Positions 15,001-26,400 of a stretch of DNA of 64,000 bases are shown here, piece by piece. The notes under the pieces were generated by a model that worked only from the letters and a program-made list of their open reading frames with translations, did not search any database and had not been told where the DNA came from. The position numbers were made by a program, and so were the translations under genes. This stretch comes from Styela clava. Lineage: Eukaryota. The stretch's first letter is position 1, and each line of letters starts with the position of its first letter. The stretch lies in contig NC_135253.1 in assembly GCF_964204865.1 (NCBI RefSeq), positions 17,422,001-17,486,000 of the forward strand. The letters run 5' to 3'.

Positions 15001-17277
15001 TCAATACAGATTAATATAGATATATACCGATACATAAAGAGGTGGGATTCAAAATCTTAAGAACTGGTCTCTTTAGCATCGAATTTACTAATACAGAGGT
15101 TCGCGAACCCCGAGAAGATTTCTAGGGGTACTTGGAAAGCATTCGAGTTTTTATGTGTTGCCATTTTTAATATCCTTTATTACTACCAAAGGAAGGTCTT
15201 GCGTTGTTGTGATTGTGACGCAACAAGGTGAAATTCACGGCTTTGCATGCAAACTGAAATTTCTAAGGCAGTGTGCAGCGAGCATTGGAGAAAGTAATTA
15301 TGCTTATTGGAACTTGGGAACAATTTTAGGAATTCATTAGTTAGGCAGATGACAAGGGCGATAATATCAACGTGAAGATTTGATTTAGTTACATATGGTC
15401 AATAAATTGTTGTTGCAACAAATTGTTGCATGAATCGAATGCATGGATTTGGTAACACCAAATGTAACTCTAGTTGTCAGCTGAGGTGCACAAAACCCAT
15501 TTGCTGCATTCGTCATTAGGAAAATGAGAGTTCTCAGATTATCTAGACATCCCAAAAACAAGTTCGTGCAAACACATGCAAATCCTTTGCATCCCATGTT
15601 AAATTGAACTCAAAAAATCACTCCACACAATCTAACATATAAGAATTTAGAAACTTGATACAAATACAAAAAACAATTTTATTTTACTAAGAATGCATAT
15701 CATGTACCTCTAATATCCGATACTGTTATCTTCACAAGATTATCTTTGATTTGTTCATAGTCTTCAATACAGCCTCGATCACCAAATTGTTCTAATTTCA
15801 ACTTCAGTTTCGATTTTGAAAAATTATTTGGAATATTTGATACCAAAATTTTTGATGAATAGCCTGAATGATATGCCATAATGTATGGATTTTACATTCT
15901 AAAAAGACCGTTCAAATCAAACAATTCTATAATTTTATTCCTCTGATTTTCATGATGAATCAGTTGAATCTAGAAGAAAAAGAAAATAGCAATAAAAATA
16001 TAGTAGCACTTCCACACTTGGCAATGTAATGATTGATTATGATTGAGTGAGAGATAGAGAGCGAGAGTTGTGAGTTAAAAAGAACACAAGAACACAACGA
16101 TATAAACAAAATGCCAAGGGAAAAGCTAACAAGATTGGAGGCCATAATCTGCCACAACAACAATCTTCTTACTACCTTTCCACATATCCCAGTTCAATGC
16201 AGTGTTAAGGTACGAGGATAACTATTCTCAAAGAGATTTGAAAAAAATTATCAAAATAAAAGACTTGACTCAAATACCTGCCAGAGGGATATGAATTGGG
16301 ACTCAAAGACAATCTTTGTGTGATTTTTTGCAATAAAAAAAATAACAAAAATTTTTTTTATTAAATAGAGTAATGTTGTATTGAAAATAAAGAATATTTA
16401 TTAGTTCGTTGTAGCATTAACTAAAAACATGTCGCGTTGATGCTGAAGTAAACACTGCCAATACATTAATTCTATCCTAAGTGCTAAAGTTTGATTCTTA
16501 ACTTTGGTTTAACATAAATGTGACAAATATTTATATATTTCTGTATTTTGCAGTTGTTTAAACAATCCTACTGTCACTCCAGCACTCAGACTCGAAACAG
16601 CAGTACGGTAACTCGATAAATGACTCGGGAACAAAGTGACTCGGCCTGGAACTCAATATTTGAAAATTTTTTTGGGGGGGACTCAGACCTAACTCAACAC
16701 TGATCACTTCCTGACTTCGAATTTCCAAAAAACTAGATCTATCATCTGATCATGAAGCTTCCTTTTTTCATACAAATGAAATCATAAACACAATATCTTC
16801 TATTATTTATAAAAAGGGGTAGTTGGGGGTTCATTGAAACTTAATAAAAACATTAATGGATCCCTCAACTCACATACTTGCCAACAATTGATATTTCGAC
16901 CAGCAGGTTAGTTTTCAATAATAGTCACACAAAAGGGTAATCCCCAGTATCAGAAATGGTGTTTCCCCATTTTTAGCAACATATTTGTGGATCAAGATCG
17001 ACGTCATATAACTGAACGTCATGTGCAACCGAAATAAATATCTATTAATTTAAGAAAACTTTGATTTTATCTAACAGATGCCAATAAGTGCTAATTTGTG
17101 GTATACAGTATCACGTCTCATATTGTTTCATGCATGAGTGACTTTGGTTTCTAACTTTCTGTTTCGAACTTCTTTCTGTTAAGATGACTGCGTATTCATG
17201 TGATACATTTTGATTATCTACAAACATCCGTCTATTCTCCGAGTTGACGACACAAAATAATTAATATTCATACCCAT
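1..17277 (-). CDS. PARP14/PARP9-like multi-exon gene (N-terminal RRM-like, KH-like repeats, macrodomain); 3' end lies outside the window
   Basis: Spliced minus-strand exons with GT-AG ends. ~15707-15863 encodes YSSKILVSNIPNNFSKSKLKLKLEQFGDRGCIE (RRM-like). ~14539-14807, ~10724-10992, ~8128-8312 and ~7543-8055 contain KH-like units ending ILVTGPETIVEEV and VNVVGVSRQVQIY. Further exons lie at roughly 6870-7060, 6600-6790, 5970-6050, 5400-5560, 5145-5290, 4850-5055, 4635-4780, 4296-4545 and 2950-3110. Macrodomain exons at ~1822-1921, ~994-1241 and ~776-927 give VSVKIGDIVLEKCDAIV...SLALPTIGTGNMGLD...IRVIVY. The putative start ATGG|GTATGA at 17277 is tentative. No PARP catalytic domain is visible in the window. 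Confidence 0.75.
2158..2392. mobile_element. Palindromic MITE with internal TTAGGG-like motifs (MULE-like)
   Basis: Long inverted repeats (TATGTGAACCAAG.TGGCGGACACCGGA...GTGTACCAGGTTAGGG and its reverse) and a near-TSD gtacatttt / gtcatttt. Related copies at ~26959, ~31486 and ~49490. Confidence 0.8.
3455..3704 (-). mobile_element. Remnant end of an Ac-like hAT MITE (same family as 18694-19925)
   Basis: Reverse-complement similarity to the left end of 18694-19925; ends ACATCTCTA; decayed ATCGGT-like repeats. Confidence 0.6.
7148..7470. mobile_element. Helentron-associated (HINE/DINE-1-like) element
   Basis: GACA/CAAA microsatellite at ~7405-7422, terminal hairpin TACTTACCGATC-AA-GATCGATAAGTA at 7443-7468, and a subterminal match ACTTATAGATCG near 7180. 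Confidence 0.6.
8378..9326 (+). mobile_element. hAT (Buster/SPIN/Charlie) deletion derivative with transposase remnant
   Basis: TIRs CAGGGTCGTCCAACC / GGTTGGTCGACCCTG; target CTCTAGAG / CTAGAG. Internal translation at ~8910-9160 gives ALDESTDI*...ITTDRAPSM (Buster/GTF2IRD2-type DDE motifs with stops). Internal ~115-bp tandem duplication at ~8550-8780. Confidence 0.85.
10426..10708. mobile_element. Ac-like hAT MITE
   Basis: TIRs TAGAGCTAAGATC / GATCTTACCTCTA; 8-bp TSD GTAAGGTG / GTAAGGAG; subterminal CCCGA-type repeats. Confidence 0.8.
11261..12912. mobile_element. hAT Charlie/Buster-type non-autonomous element
   Basis: TIRs CAGTGGTTCCCAACC / GGTTGGGAACCAATG; TSD TTCTAGAC / TACTAGAC; GGACCGGC subterminal motifs; internal tandem duplication at ~12577-12820. 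Confidence 0.85.
12949..13744. mobile_element. pogo/Tigger-like MITE with nested insertions
   Basis: TIRs CCGTATATGCCCGTTTTA / TAAAACGAGCAAATACGG flanked by TA on both sides. Contains a hAT end fragment (~13208-13275) and the MITE at 13383-13632. Confidence 0.8.
13383..13632. mobile_element. MULE-like MITE with tandem subterminal repeats and GGGTTAGGGTTAG core
   Basis: Perfect 9-bp TSD TATTAATTA (13374-13382 and 13633-13641); GG...CC termini; inverted arrays of GTACATTTGAACC. Confidence 0.85.
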
Positions 17278-18058
17278 TTGTTGGATATGGGTGTTGTCTA
17301 TTGCTATATTCAGTGTATGGCTATGTGATTCTTTTCGATAATAAATAAAGCACTGGTGTTAGCAAAACGAAATAATTTTCCGACGTTTCGAATTTCTAAT
17401 CGGAAAATATATTTTTCGATCGGTTTATAATTGCATAAAAGTCAATACCATCGTGATCGGTTGATATTTCAGATTTCTGTAGTGTTTCTTTTTCCTTGTT
17501 ATCCATTGTAAACCTGTATACTGCCTGGTAGATCTATCGTTTTTTTGTCTCATTCATCGTGTCCCAAGTTCACAACTTTTCTAATACGACAGCGATCAAT
17601 TGTCTCATTATTATATTTCAAATCCAGTCGGAAACTCCTACTCCGCGCAATGAAACCAGACTGCGACAAGGAATGTAAGGTTGTTTCGTATATACGTCGA
17701 GGTTGTTTTGTTTTCATGTCCCTTTGTATAGTAAATTAAAAATAATAGGCTGAATAGGGTCTGTTCGATCTCGACCTTACAAAATCACATGCGTAGCAAA
17801 TACAGCTATGAATTTTGTGCCGGAGTATTAGTATTGGAAGTATTTTCACCGCGGCCTGGTCTGTAAATCGGCCAATATTAAGCAATGTACAATCTTGATT
17901 AACACGTTCACGATTTTTTGCATTTTTTAATGAAGTCAGTCAAATCGCAAACGTTTGTATAAATCCTATTTTCCCATTTTGCTGGAAATGGGCTTACACG
18001 AACCTCGGTATCCCATTAGTCTTCTACCAAGCATTAGCAAAATATTTGTAACCCTTAA

Positions 18059-18382
18059 CAATGGCGTTGTTACTGTCTACTTCGTATCACGTGGTCTTTC
18101 AACCGACGAACATTTCAGTGGCTTATCTACGTAAAATGTCGCCCTTGACAAAGTTTGAAAATAAATGCGCCCCCTGATCGTGACTGGCAATTTTCATCGG
18201 GTGTTGTTGAATTGAGATACTTGTACGGTATTATTTTAGTCAAAATACGAGTTACAGTTATTCCAATTCAAAATTATTTTATTGAAACATTTTACGATTA
18301 AAACCTTTCGCCCTTTTTGCGCCCCTGTTCATGCGACGCCCATGGCACGAGCGATGGCTGCCACACCCTAGGTACGCCACTG
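18059..18382. mobile_element. Degenerate hAT (CAGTGGCGTA-type) MITE
   Basis: Right end GTACGCCACTG with GCGCCCC subterminal motifs; left end CAATGGCGT; no clean TSD. Confidence 0.5.
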
Positions 18383-18693
18383 TGAACAATTGATTTCGTC
18401 ATAAAGCTCTGGCACCGACATGTTAACTTATATAGAAACTGTTACATTATGAAAATGCATTCGAAATATCACAAAAAATAGAAAGTCAATCATTTTATTC
18501 TGTGATAGAGATTAAAATTATTATTTTTTGTTATCAATTGCGCTGTGTAGTGAAGACGAATCTTCCTGAGTAAGCTACTTGTTTTCTACGCCGCAATTGA
18601 TACCAATTCAAGCTCTTCTGCTACAACTTTAATCTATAATCAATGAATAAGGCAATAGAATACGAAGCCATGATATTTATACCAAGTAATAAC

Positions 18694-19925
18694 TAGAGAT
18701 GTACCGATGTATCGGTATCGGGTATCGGTATCGGCAATATCGGCCATTTTTTCGGTATCGGCCATGTATCGGTATCGGTTAGATTAAGGCCGATATTTCC
18801 GATATATTTACCTTTTTGATATGTTCTAGAATGTTTTAAAAGATAAGTTGGAATACTACTTTTCAATTTATTTTTTGTCTGGAGAGATCGTGAGCTATGA
18901 GCCATACATGTCCCTACCCCCGCGAGAGAATAGGATTCACGTATTTTTAGCTATTTTCGCTGTCAAATATTTATATTGACATTTTTAATATTACATAGTA
19001 ATTATGAAGAAATATATCAACACGGCACATAACAAAAAGCAATTAGGCGCCCAGTTTTAAATCATACAGTGGAATTGGGGTCCTTATTAACGGCACATGG
19101 ACTTTTGGCACGGGTATAAATTCTGACTGTTTGTCGTCAAGTACGAGTGTCATTTAGTCCGACGACATCGATAAACTAAATTCCGACACAATTATCCCTC
19201 TACGCAGATAATAATTTTGTTTAACTACACAATTTCTTTATAGATATATTGACATGACCGCCTAGCCCCAGAGGGCCTAGAGTCCTAGACTGTCTCAAAA
19301 TATATGATGGTAATTGTATAATAATATAAAATAGTAAAGTAAAAAAACACCCTCGACGGTTATAAATAGGCCTTCTTTTGGTCGGTGCTGATTGATATTC
19401 TTTCATGTTGGCTTTGACTTATTGCGTCGACGATTACGATTAGCCACGAAATAAAATATTTGAAAAATGCTTTTAATTTGAACGTAGGACGGCGGCTCTA
19501 GAATGTGTGGGTGATATTCGATATTCTTTTAAACACGAATAACGATATTCGAAGGTCGCGATATTAACATTAAATTCAAATTGGACATCCCGGCTTATGA
19601 GTTTTCTAATTGAACACCGAGATTACTAGCGTTACTGTACAGTGTATCTTAATCAGTTAAAGCAAACACCAAACATTAATTTCATATTATGTGATATATC
19701 TTTATTTCGATCTGAAATAATGTGTACTATGAACAACGCTCAAAGACCATTGTTTTAACCCGTCTGCCCTACACAGCACACCTAATTAAGTAATATTTAC
19801 ATAGTATCGGTATCGGAATATCGGCCTTTCTGTAGTATCGGCATATCGGTATCGGTATCGTTTTTTTCAGCTGATATCGGATCGGTATCGGTATCGGCGA
19901 CAAAAGTGGTATCGGTACATCTCTA
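18694..19925. mobile_element. Ac-like hAT non-autonomous element with ATCGGT subterminal arrays
   Basis: Perfect TIR TAGAGATGTACCGAT / ATCGGTACATCTCTA; many ATCGGT repeats at both ends; near-TSD GTAATAAC / (GA)CTAATAAC. Confidence 0.85.
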
Positions 19926-20401
19926 GACTAATAACAACATATAAGATAATATATTATACGTGATATATATTTTATTAAATTGCAAAATCCATTTAATGAA
20001 TATCAATTATCCCAAAATGCAATATGTTGAAATGTAAGCTATACAATGTAATTGAAATGTCTGATTATATAGAATTTTAACCTAGTAATTATACGCAAAT
20101 ACAGTCAAATTAAAGCAAAGAGATTTCTGGGGTTTGACCTTGATCGTAGCAAAATTGGTATATATTAGAATTATATGGACAGATCCAACAACGATAACGT
20201 AAAATTTGATAAAAAAATTGAAACCGGCAATTAATAAGTTTAGAGAGATTGAAATGTTTTCTGCTCAAAGGTTGTCAGTGTTTTCTTAATTCTATGTTTA
20301 TAAAGAGAACTACATTGGTAACTTTAGTATATATTGAATAGTTTTCACTTCATTTTAAAATTGACGTTTCTTAGAATCGACGACATCTCTTAAATTTGGT
20401 A

Positions 20402-23400
20402 TCAGTTTTTGTTCGCGGCTTGAATGAAGTCCGGGCTGGGCTCTGTAAATATGAGTGAAATTGGTAAATTATTACAATACTTAATTTAAATAGCTTATAG
20501 GGTATTATCATAATCCGAATGGCCCCGTTCAGATATGAATTCAGATGATGGACAGTTATACATATGGATCCAGAAATCCCACTTAATAGATAGGGCTTGT
20601 TTGACTAAAAATTATATACATTATAACTGTATTCAGGTGTTTGTCAAAAAAGAATATTTCGACAGCAAAATAACTTACCAACGCAGAGGGTTCCGTCTAA
20701 TACATATCCACCAGAGCACTCGCAAGAATAGGATCCCATCGTATTCACACAGAGTCCGTTGATTCTATCACATTCATGAATTCCAGAATCACATTCATCA
20801 ATATCTGTCACATATAATTAGATTTTGGGTGGGCAATTGAAAATGAAAAAATTCCAAGTAGAAATGGTAGTTTGGGTAAATCATCGGAATAAGCGAACGT
20901 CAATAATCTGAGATGTTATGTTAAATTAAGCAGTTTAAATTTGAGCTTCTTATTTGTTACCGTTTTCGCAATAAGTTCCAGTGACTCCATCCGGGCATTC
21001 ACACGCAAAATCATTAATTTTGTCAACACATGTTCCATTGTTTTCACACTGGCTGAATTCACATTCGTTTATATCTGAGAAAAGTATAAATACATTAATA
21101 CAAAATTACCGTGTTTTCAACAATTAAATATAAAATTGAATCTCAAAATGTCGCGTCTAACACTTTTTTCGCACTCGTCTTTCTTGTAGCACACTTTGCC
21201 ATATCTGTCCCACGCTTACCACGACTATTTTGAGATACCGATTGAAGAATATTTTTCTACAGATTTTTATAGAATGAACTATTGCCCTTGTGACATTTCA
21301 TATAATGATAAACTAGGTAATGGATTTTCCGACCTAATATTATGCCACGAGTCTCACCTTTTTCACAATGTATTCCATCATATCCATCTGTACATCTGCA
21401 AACATATCCATTTATTTCATCCAAACATGTTCCGTTGTTTTTGCAAGGTTCAGATGCACATTCGTTGATTTCTAAAAATACTTAGATTTTTTATTGTGTC
21501 ATATTAAACACTCGAACTGTAAGTCGATTGAATTTTTACAAACTATCAAAAATGCATTTGCTACGCTTAAAGTATCACAAATTGATTCATTTTGAGTCAA
21601 ATATAAGCTGTGGTTGTTTATGTGTAAGATCAGTATATCATATATTGATTAACAAGGCAATAAATATAGCCAACGGTCATGAAAAAGAGTTCATTGTGAG
21701 ATACATTACGGAGCAAGCACAATTTCCGCGTTTTTGGACTGCCAACACACTCATATTTTTTTATGTTTAAAAATACTTAGGAAATTATTACTGCTTTATT
21801 TATTTAATTTTCAAAACATTTCATACCTTCACAAGTAAATCCATCACCGTAAAACCCTGGTTTGCACCAACAATTGTAACCACCAGGAACGTTCGTGCAA
21901 TTTGCATAATAACTGCAGGCAATGACTGTCGAACTTTCTACTGTGAGCAAACATAAAATAATACACTAAATTATTTGAATCACGGAAATTTATACTCCGT
22001 ATTCTGTACTTTGGTTTAAAATGCAAAACATTGTATATTTCTAATCATTTTATAATTATAAATTTTGTCGAAACCCAGGGTCCAGACATCACCTTAAAAA
22101 AAGATTTCCGATAAAACAATTGTTATACAGAACAAGAACAAATAAAATTCACCACACACATATGACGACATGTGTTACCATAATATCTCAATGATTTTGT
22201 CTATTAGGCGAGAGTGGCTGTGAACTAGTTTTGAATTTTAAACTTTTAAAACAAATAAAAATTTTCTCAACTTCTACACCAGAAGTCAAACATACCTGTA
22301 TATATAATATCTTGTTTATCGTCTTCTTGAAGACCATAATTGTATTGCTGCATTTCATTGTTCATTAAACTGCATTCATCTATATCTGTGCATGCGAAGA
22401 ATAGGATATATCCGATCACAATTCTTTCTATAGCACAGTGGCTTCTCAGCGATTTTGATGGATAGAAACCCCAATGAATCAAAGGCTTGAGGAATCCCCA
22501 ATAATGTTTTAAGTGCAGTAAGTTTAATAATGGTGGCAAACCTAGTAGGCATTCGATTATATTTGAACAAGATACTAATAGGATCTCCCGGATTTGAATA
22601 GAAATTTGCGGAACTATAGAACTCTTCTGGCGGAACACTAGGAATCAAGGATGAAAACCACGGTTGTAGCATATGCGAACTGTGCTACGAGAATGGGAAG
22701 TGATTGACTAAATACCTGAACAAGTCAAACCATCCCCCGTATATTCTTGATTGCACTGGCATTTGTAACTGCCATAAGTATTAATACAAGTTGCTTCAGC
22801 ATGGCAAAGCGGAGATTTTCCACCACCGGATCCCGACATGTAAATATCCAATTTGAAAGCTGTAAAATGAACAGTTAAATATTTTAGTAGAAAATACAGC
22901 TTCAAAGTTCAATTTGGATTTATTTGAACTTGTTTCGCGATTCATTATGACAAAATGCAATGTCGCCTACACGCAAATATCAACATGTGGGATAGGCAGT
23001 GGCGTAGCATCCACCCCCGCAACCCCCGCGGTCGCGGGAGGGCCCAAGCGGTTAGAATTTAGAAATTTCTTGTGGTTTGATCGCACCGGCAAAATTATGA
23101 AGGCTGTCAGAATGATGTCGAAAGCAAAACCTCTCAGTGGCGCACAGAAACGCAAAAAAAAGGGCAGAAGAGGAGGAACGTATGAAAAAAATTAAAGTAA
23201 CCAAGATAAACAGCAAATTTTAGGTCACCATTGCCTTTTTATAGCGACATGTTATGCTTTTTGACAAAATAAAAAAAGGCGTTGTTTTAGCTTATGTCCG
23301 ACAGTTTTTAGGGTCATTTCCACGAAATATTTTTGCGGGGGGCCCACGAGAGTCTTGCTACGCCACGGGGGATAGGCGACAGACTGCTGAGAAATTGATA

Positions 23401-26400
23401 TACAATTAGTATAGCTGGGATGTACCGAACGACAAATCTTTAGTTTGTCAAGGGCCACCAGTTTCATATACATACGCTGGTTGGTGTGTTTAAATTGTAG
23501 AACAACTCTGGAATGTCATGAAAGATCGAGCAATATATGGAGATTGTATGAAGTCATTACTTCAATAATTACCATTTTGTTCTTCGATTGTTTCCTGTAT
23601 TTCCTCTAATTCACATTCGTCAACATCTGTAAAAATATTTAAGACAAGCGCCAAATGTCATATAAAAATGTTCCCATATGTCATATATATGTGTTCTCAC
23701 GAATTAAAATAAAATAGCAAATTTTAAGTGAAATATTGGATTTGTCCGGTCCAGCAGAACACATATTATAGCCTACTTGTATGAGGCATGACGTTTAAAA
23801 CGACTGACGTTTAGAAAAGCTTTCCGATATTGATCCACTGTTATTATGTGTTAATATTGACTAATTAATTGTTCACAACAAAAAAGATGTGACCCCATGT
23901 CAAAAATCGTTTAATCACAGGAAACATGAGGTCGTTTAATAATTTCTTCAACCGATCATCCGCTGTTTCTTTGCGTTGCAATTGTTTGCACATTATCTTC
24001 GCGTTTATAGAAACGATACAAAACAAAGGGGGGCACTTAACTTACCTTTACACATTGTTCCATCGCCCTCGAATCCAGGAAGACATTTGCAAGCATAATT
24101 TCCTTCTTCTCCCATACATTCTGCTTGTTCATGACATTTTTGACCTCGAACACTGCATTCGTCATACGCTGTAATGATTAAGTCATTCATAGGTTCGGTA
24201 TTCGTTTCAATATCTGAATATAAACCCATACTTACAGTCGCATAGTCCACCATGCTTAGTAAAGTTGTGATTGCAGACACATTCAAAAGAACCAGCGGTG
24301 TTGAGACATTTAGAATTTTCAGGGCAAGTCACGAAATCACATTCATTGATATCTGTTAGAAAAATAAAACAAGAGAATGGTGTTTACTCGTAACTCGCCA
24401 ATTAAGAAAGTTCAGTTTTTAAAGATCATTTGGATATAAATTTTAATATCAGCAGAAACGAACATTGTACACCGGCGTAACATTCGGGATTTAGATGCCT
24501 CAGATTTGAACATGAAAACACAAACGAGAATTCTTTATCAAAGTTTATAGTCTGAATCTTTCAAAACACCCACTACTGCACAACTGTTGGAAACGGGGTC
24601 AGTTCATATGCAAATTACCGGTACGTGATTTAAAAACAAATAGAATAACATTTTATATTTATTTAAGATGAAATCGTCATTCAAAACAAATGCAGAAAAT
24701 GTTACTCTTATACGGTACCATCACTTTCATTTAATGGACTACAATTTATATTTTTGGAATTCTAATTTTTCAAAATCATGATAGAATTGATACCCGTTGC
24801 CCCAAGCACAAAATAACCCAAGCCGGCTCTACTATGAAGCAACTAATAGAAAACTAGAAACAGAAACTTACCCAATTGGCAACAATCACCAGTCCAGCCG
24901 TCAATGCAAGCACATCCATTAAGTACTGACATTAACCCACCGTTAAAACATACTCGATTGCATTGCCGTGCCTGAACATATATTTTCACCAATAAATCCA
25001 TAGTGGTGAAAACGTATCGGTTACTGTTTTATCCCATTCATGTATAAATGCATTTTGCATTACAAGACAGAGATCTTCATTTGGTAGGTCAAAAATTACG
25101 TGATGCTCATAGCGCCATGCATTTTCGAAAAACTAAGTGGGTTTTATTTATAAATTTAAATATTCTGGATCATCCGCCTTCAACTAAAGAAAGCATATAT
25201 AGTCAGAAAGTAGAGATATGTGCAAAAGTGGATTTGGCCCAGGTCTTAAGTGAGCAATCACTAATTATCTTATAAAAATGTGGTAAATCATAGAAAATGT
25301 ATTAGTGTTGTCGTCATGTTCTTTGCAGATCATTGTAGATTCACCTGAATTAAAGATTCCTGGATATTGCATTCTAGTCCGCCACAACTGGCTTGCTGAA
25401 TAATTTGCTTTGAACGACTTTGCAGGCCATTGCTTCCGCATGTGTAAGTGCAATCTGACCATTTTGTCCATTCGGACAGAGCACAGTTCACTATTGATAA
25501 AGGGACGAATTAGTATTATCATTAGTAATTATCAAAATTTAATTTAAAAAATGTGTACTTTTTCACCTGTTTTGCAACACGTACTTGTTTCCGCAAATGG
25601 GTCAAGCGAATGGTTGCTTTGTTAAATTCTTTGAGTTGAACAATCAAATTAAAGACGGACATGAGATCATGTTTTACAAAGAATATTTGCTTGTAAATTG
25701 CTTACAACAATAAAACCTAAGAAATGTTTCATCATTCAGCGAATGAATAGTTGTTACCCGGGCAACAGTTTGTGCTGCAGTCACGTATTTCCGTCTTTTC
25801 TCCTTGGCATTTTTCTGCAATGCAAGATGACCCCATCTCAACTTCTCGTGATCTCGTTTGTGTTCCGTTCCCGCATGACTTGCTGCACATGCTCCATTCG
25901 CCCCAAGGATGATATTCACATTGTGAAGGACAGCAAAAGTCATTACATGATCTATAATGGTATCAATAAAAATACCAAATTACTGAATACGAACTACTGA
26001 CTTTAAGTCTATGCAATTTACAAATACATTTTTCGTTTAAATTAGCTGTTGACTACCCCGAATTTGTTGAATTTTACCTTGTCTCGGATGTGGTACCATC
26101 ACAGTCCTGCCCTGCACACAAAGCGAAAACGTTGACAGATCTTTCTCTGGACTGCATTCCTTTGTTGCATGTTTTCGTACACTCGCTCCAATCTCCCCAA
26201 TCATTCCAGGCGCAATCCACTGGACAACATTGTTCGTTGCAGATTTCAATTTCTTCGTTTTGTCCCATACATTCTTTTCCACCACATAAAGCAGCAACTG
26301 CAACTTGGCGTTCGCGGTATTGATATCCCCCGTCACATGTTTTTGTACACGACGTCCAGTTGCCCCACTCCCCCCAAACGCAGTTCTGAGGACAACAATT

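Noticed and set aside
13383-19925. Short regularly spaced repeats (GTACATTTGAACC, ATCGGT) as CRISPR-like arrays
   Set aside because: No unique spacers; the repeats are subterminal arrays inside TIR/TSD-bounded elements in a eukaryotic genome.
22376-22672. 98-aa minus-strand ORF inside an intron of the TSP1-EGF gene
   Set aside because: No domain similarity recognised, and the flanking exons already join in phase without it.
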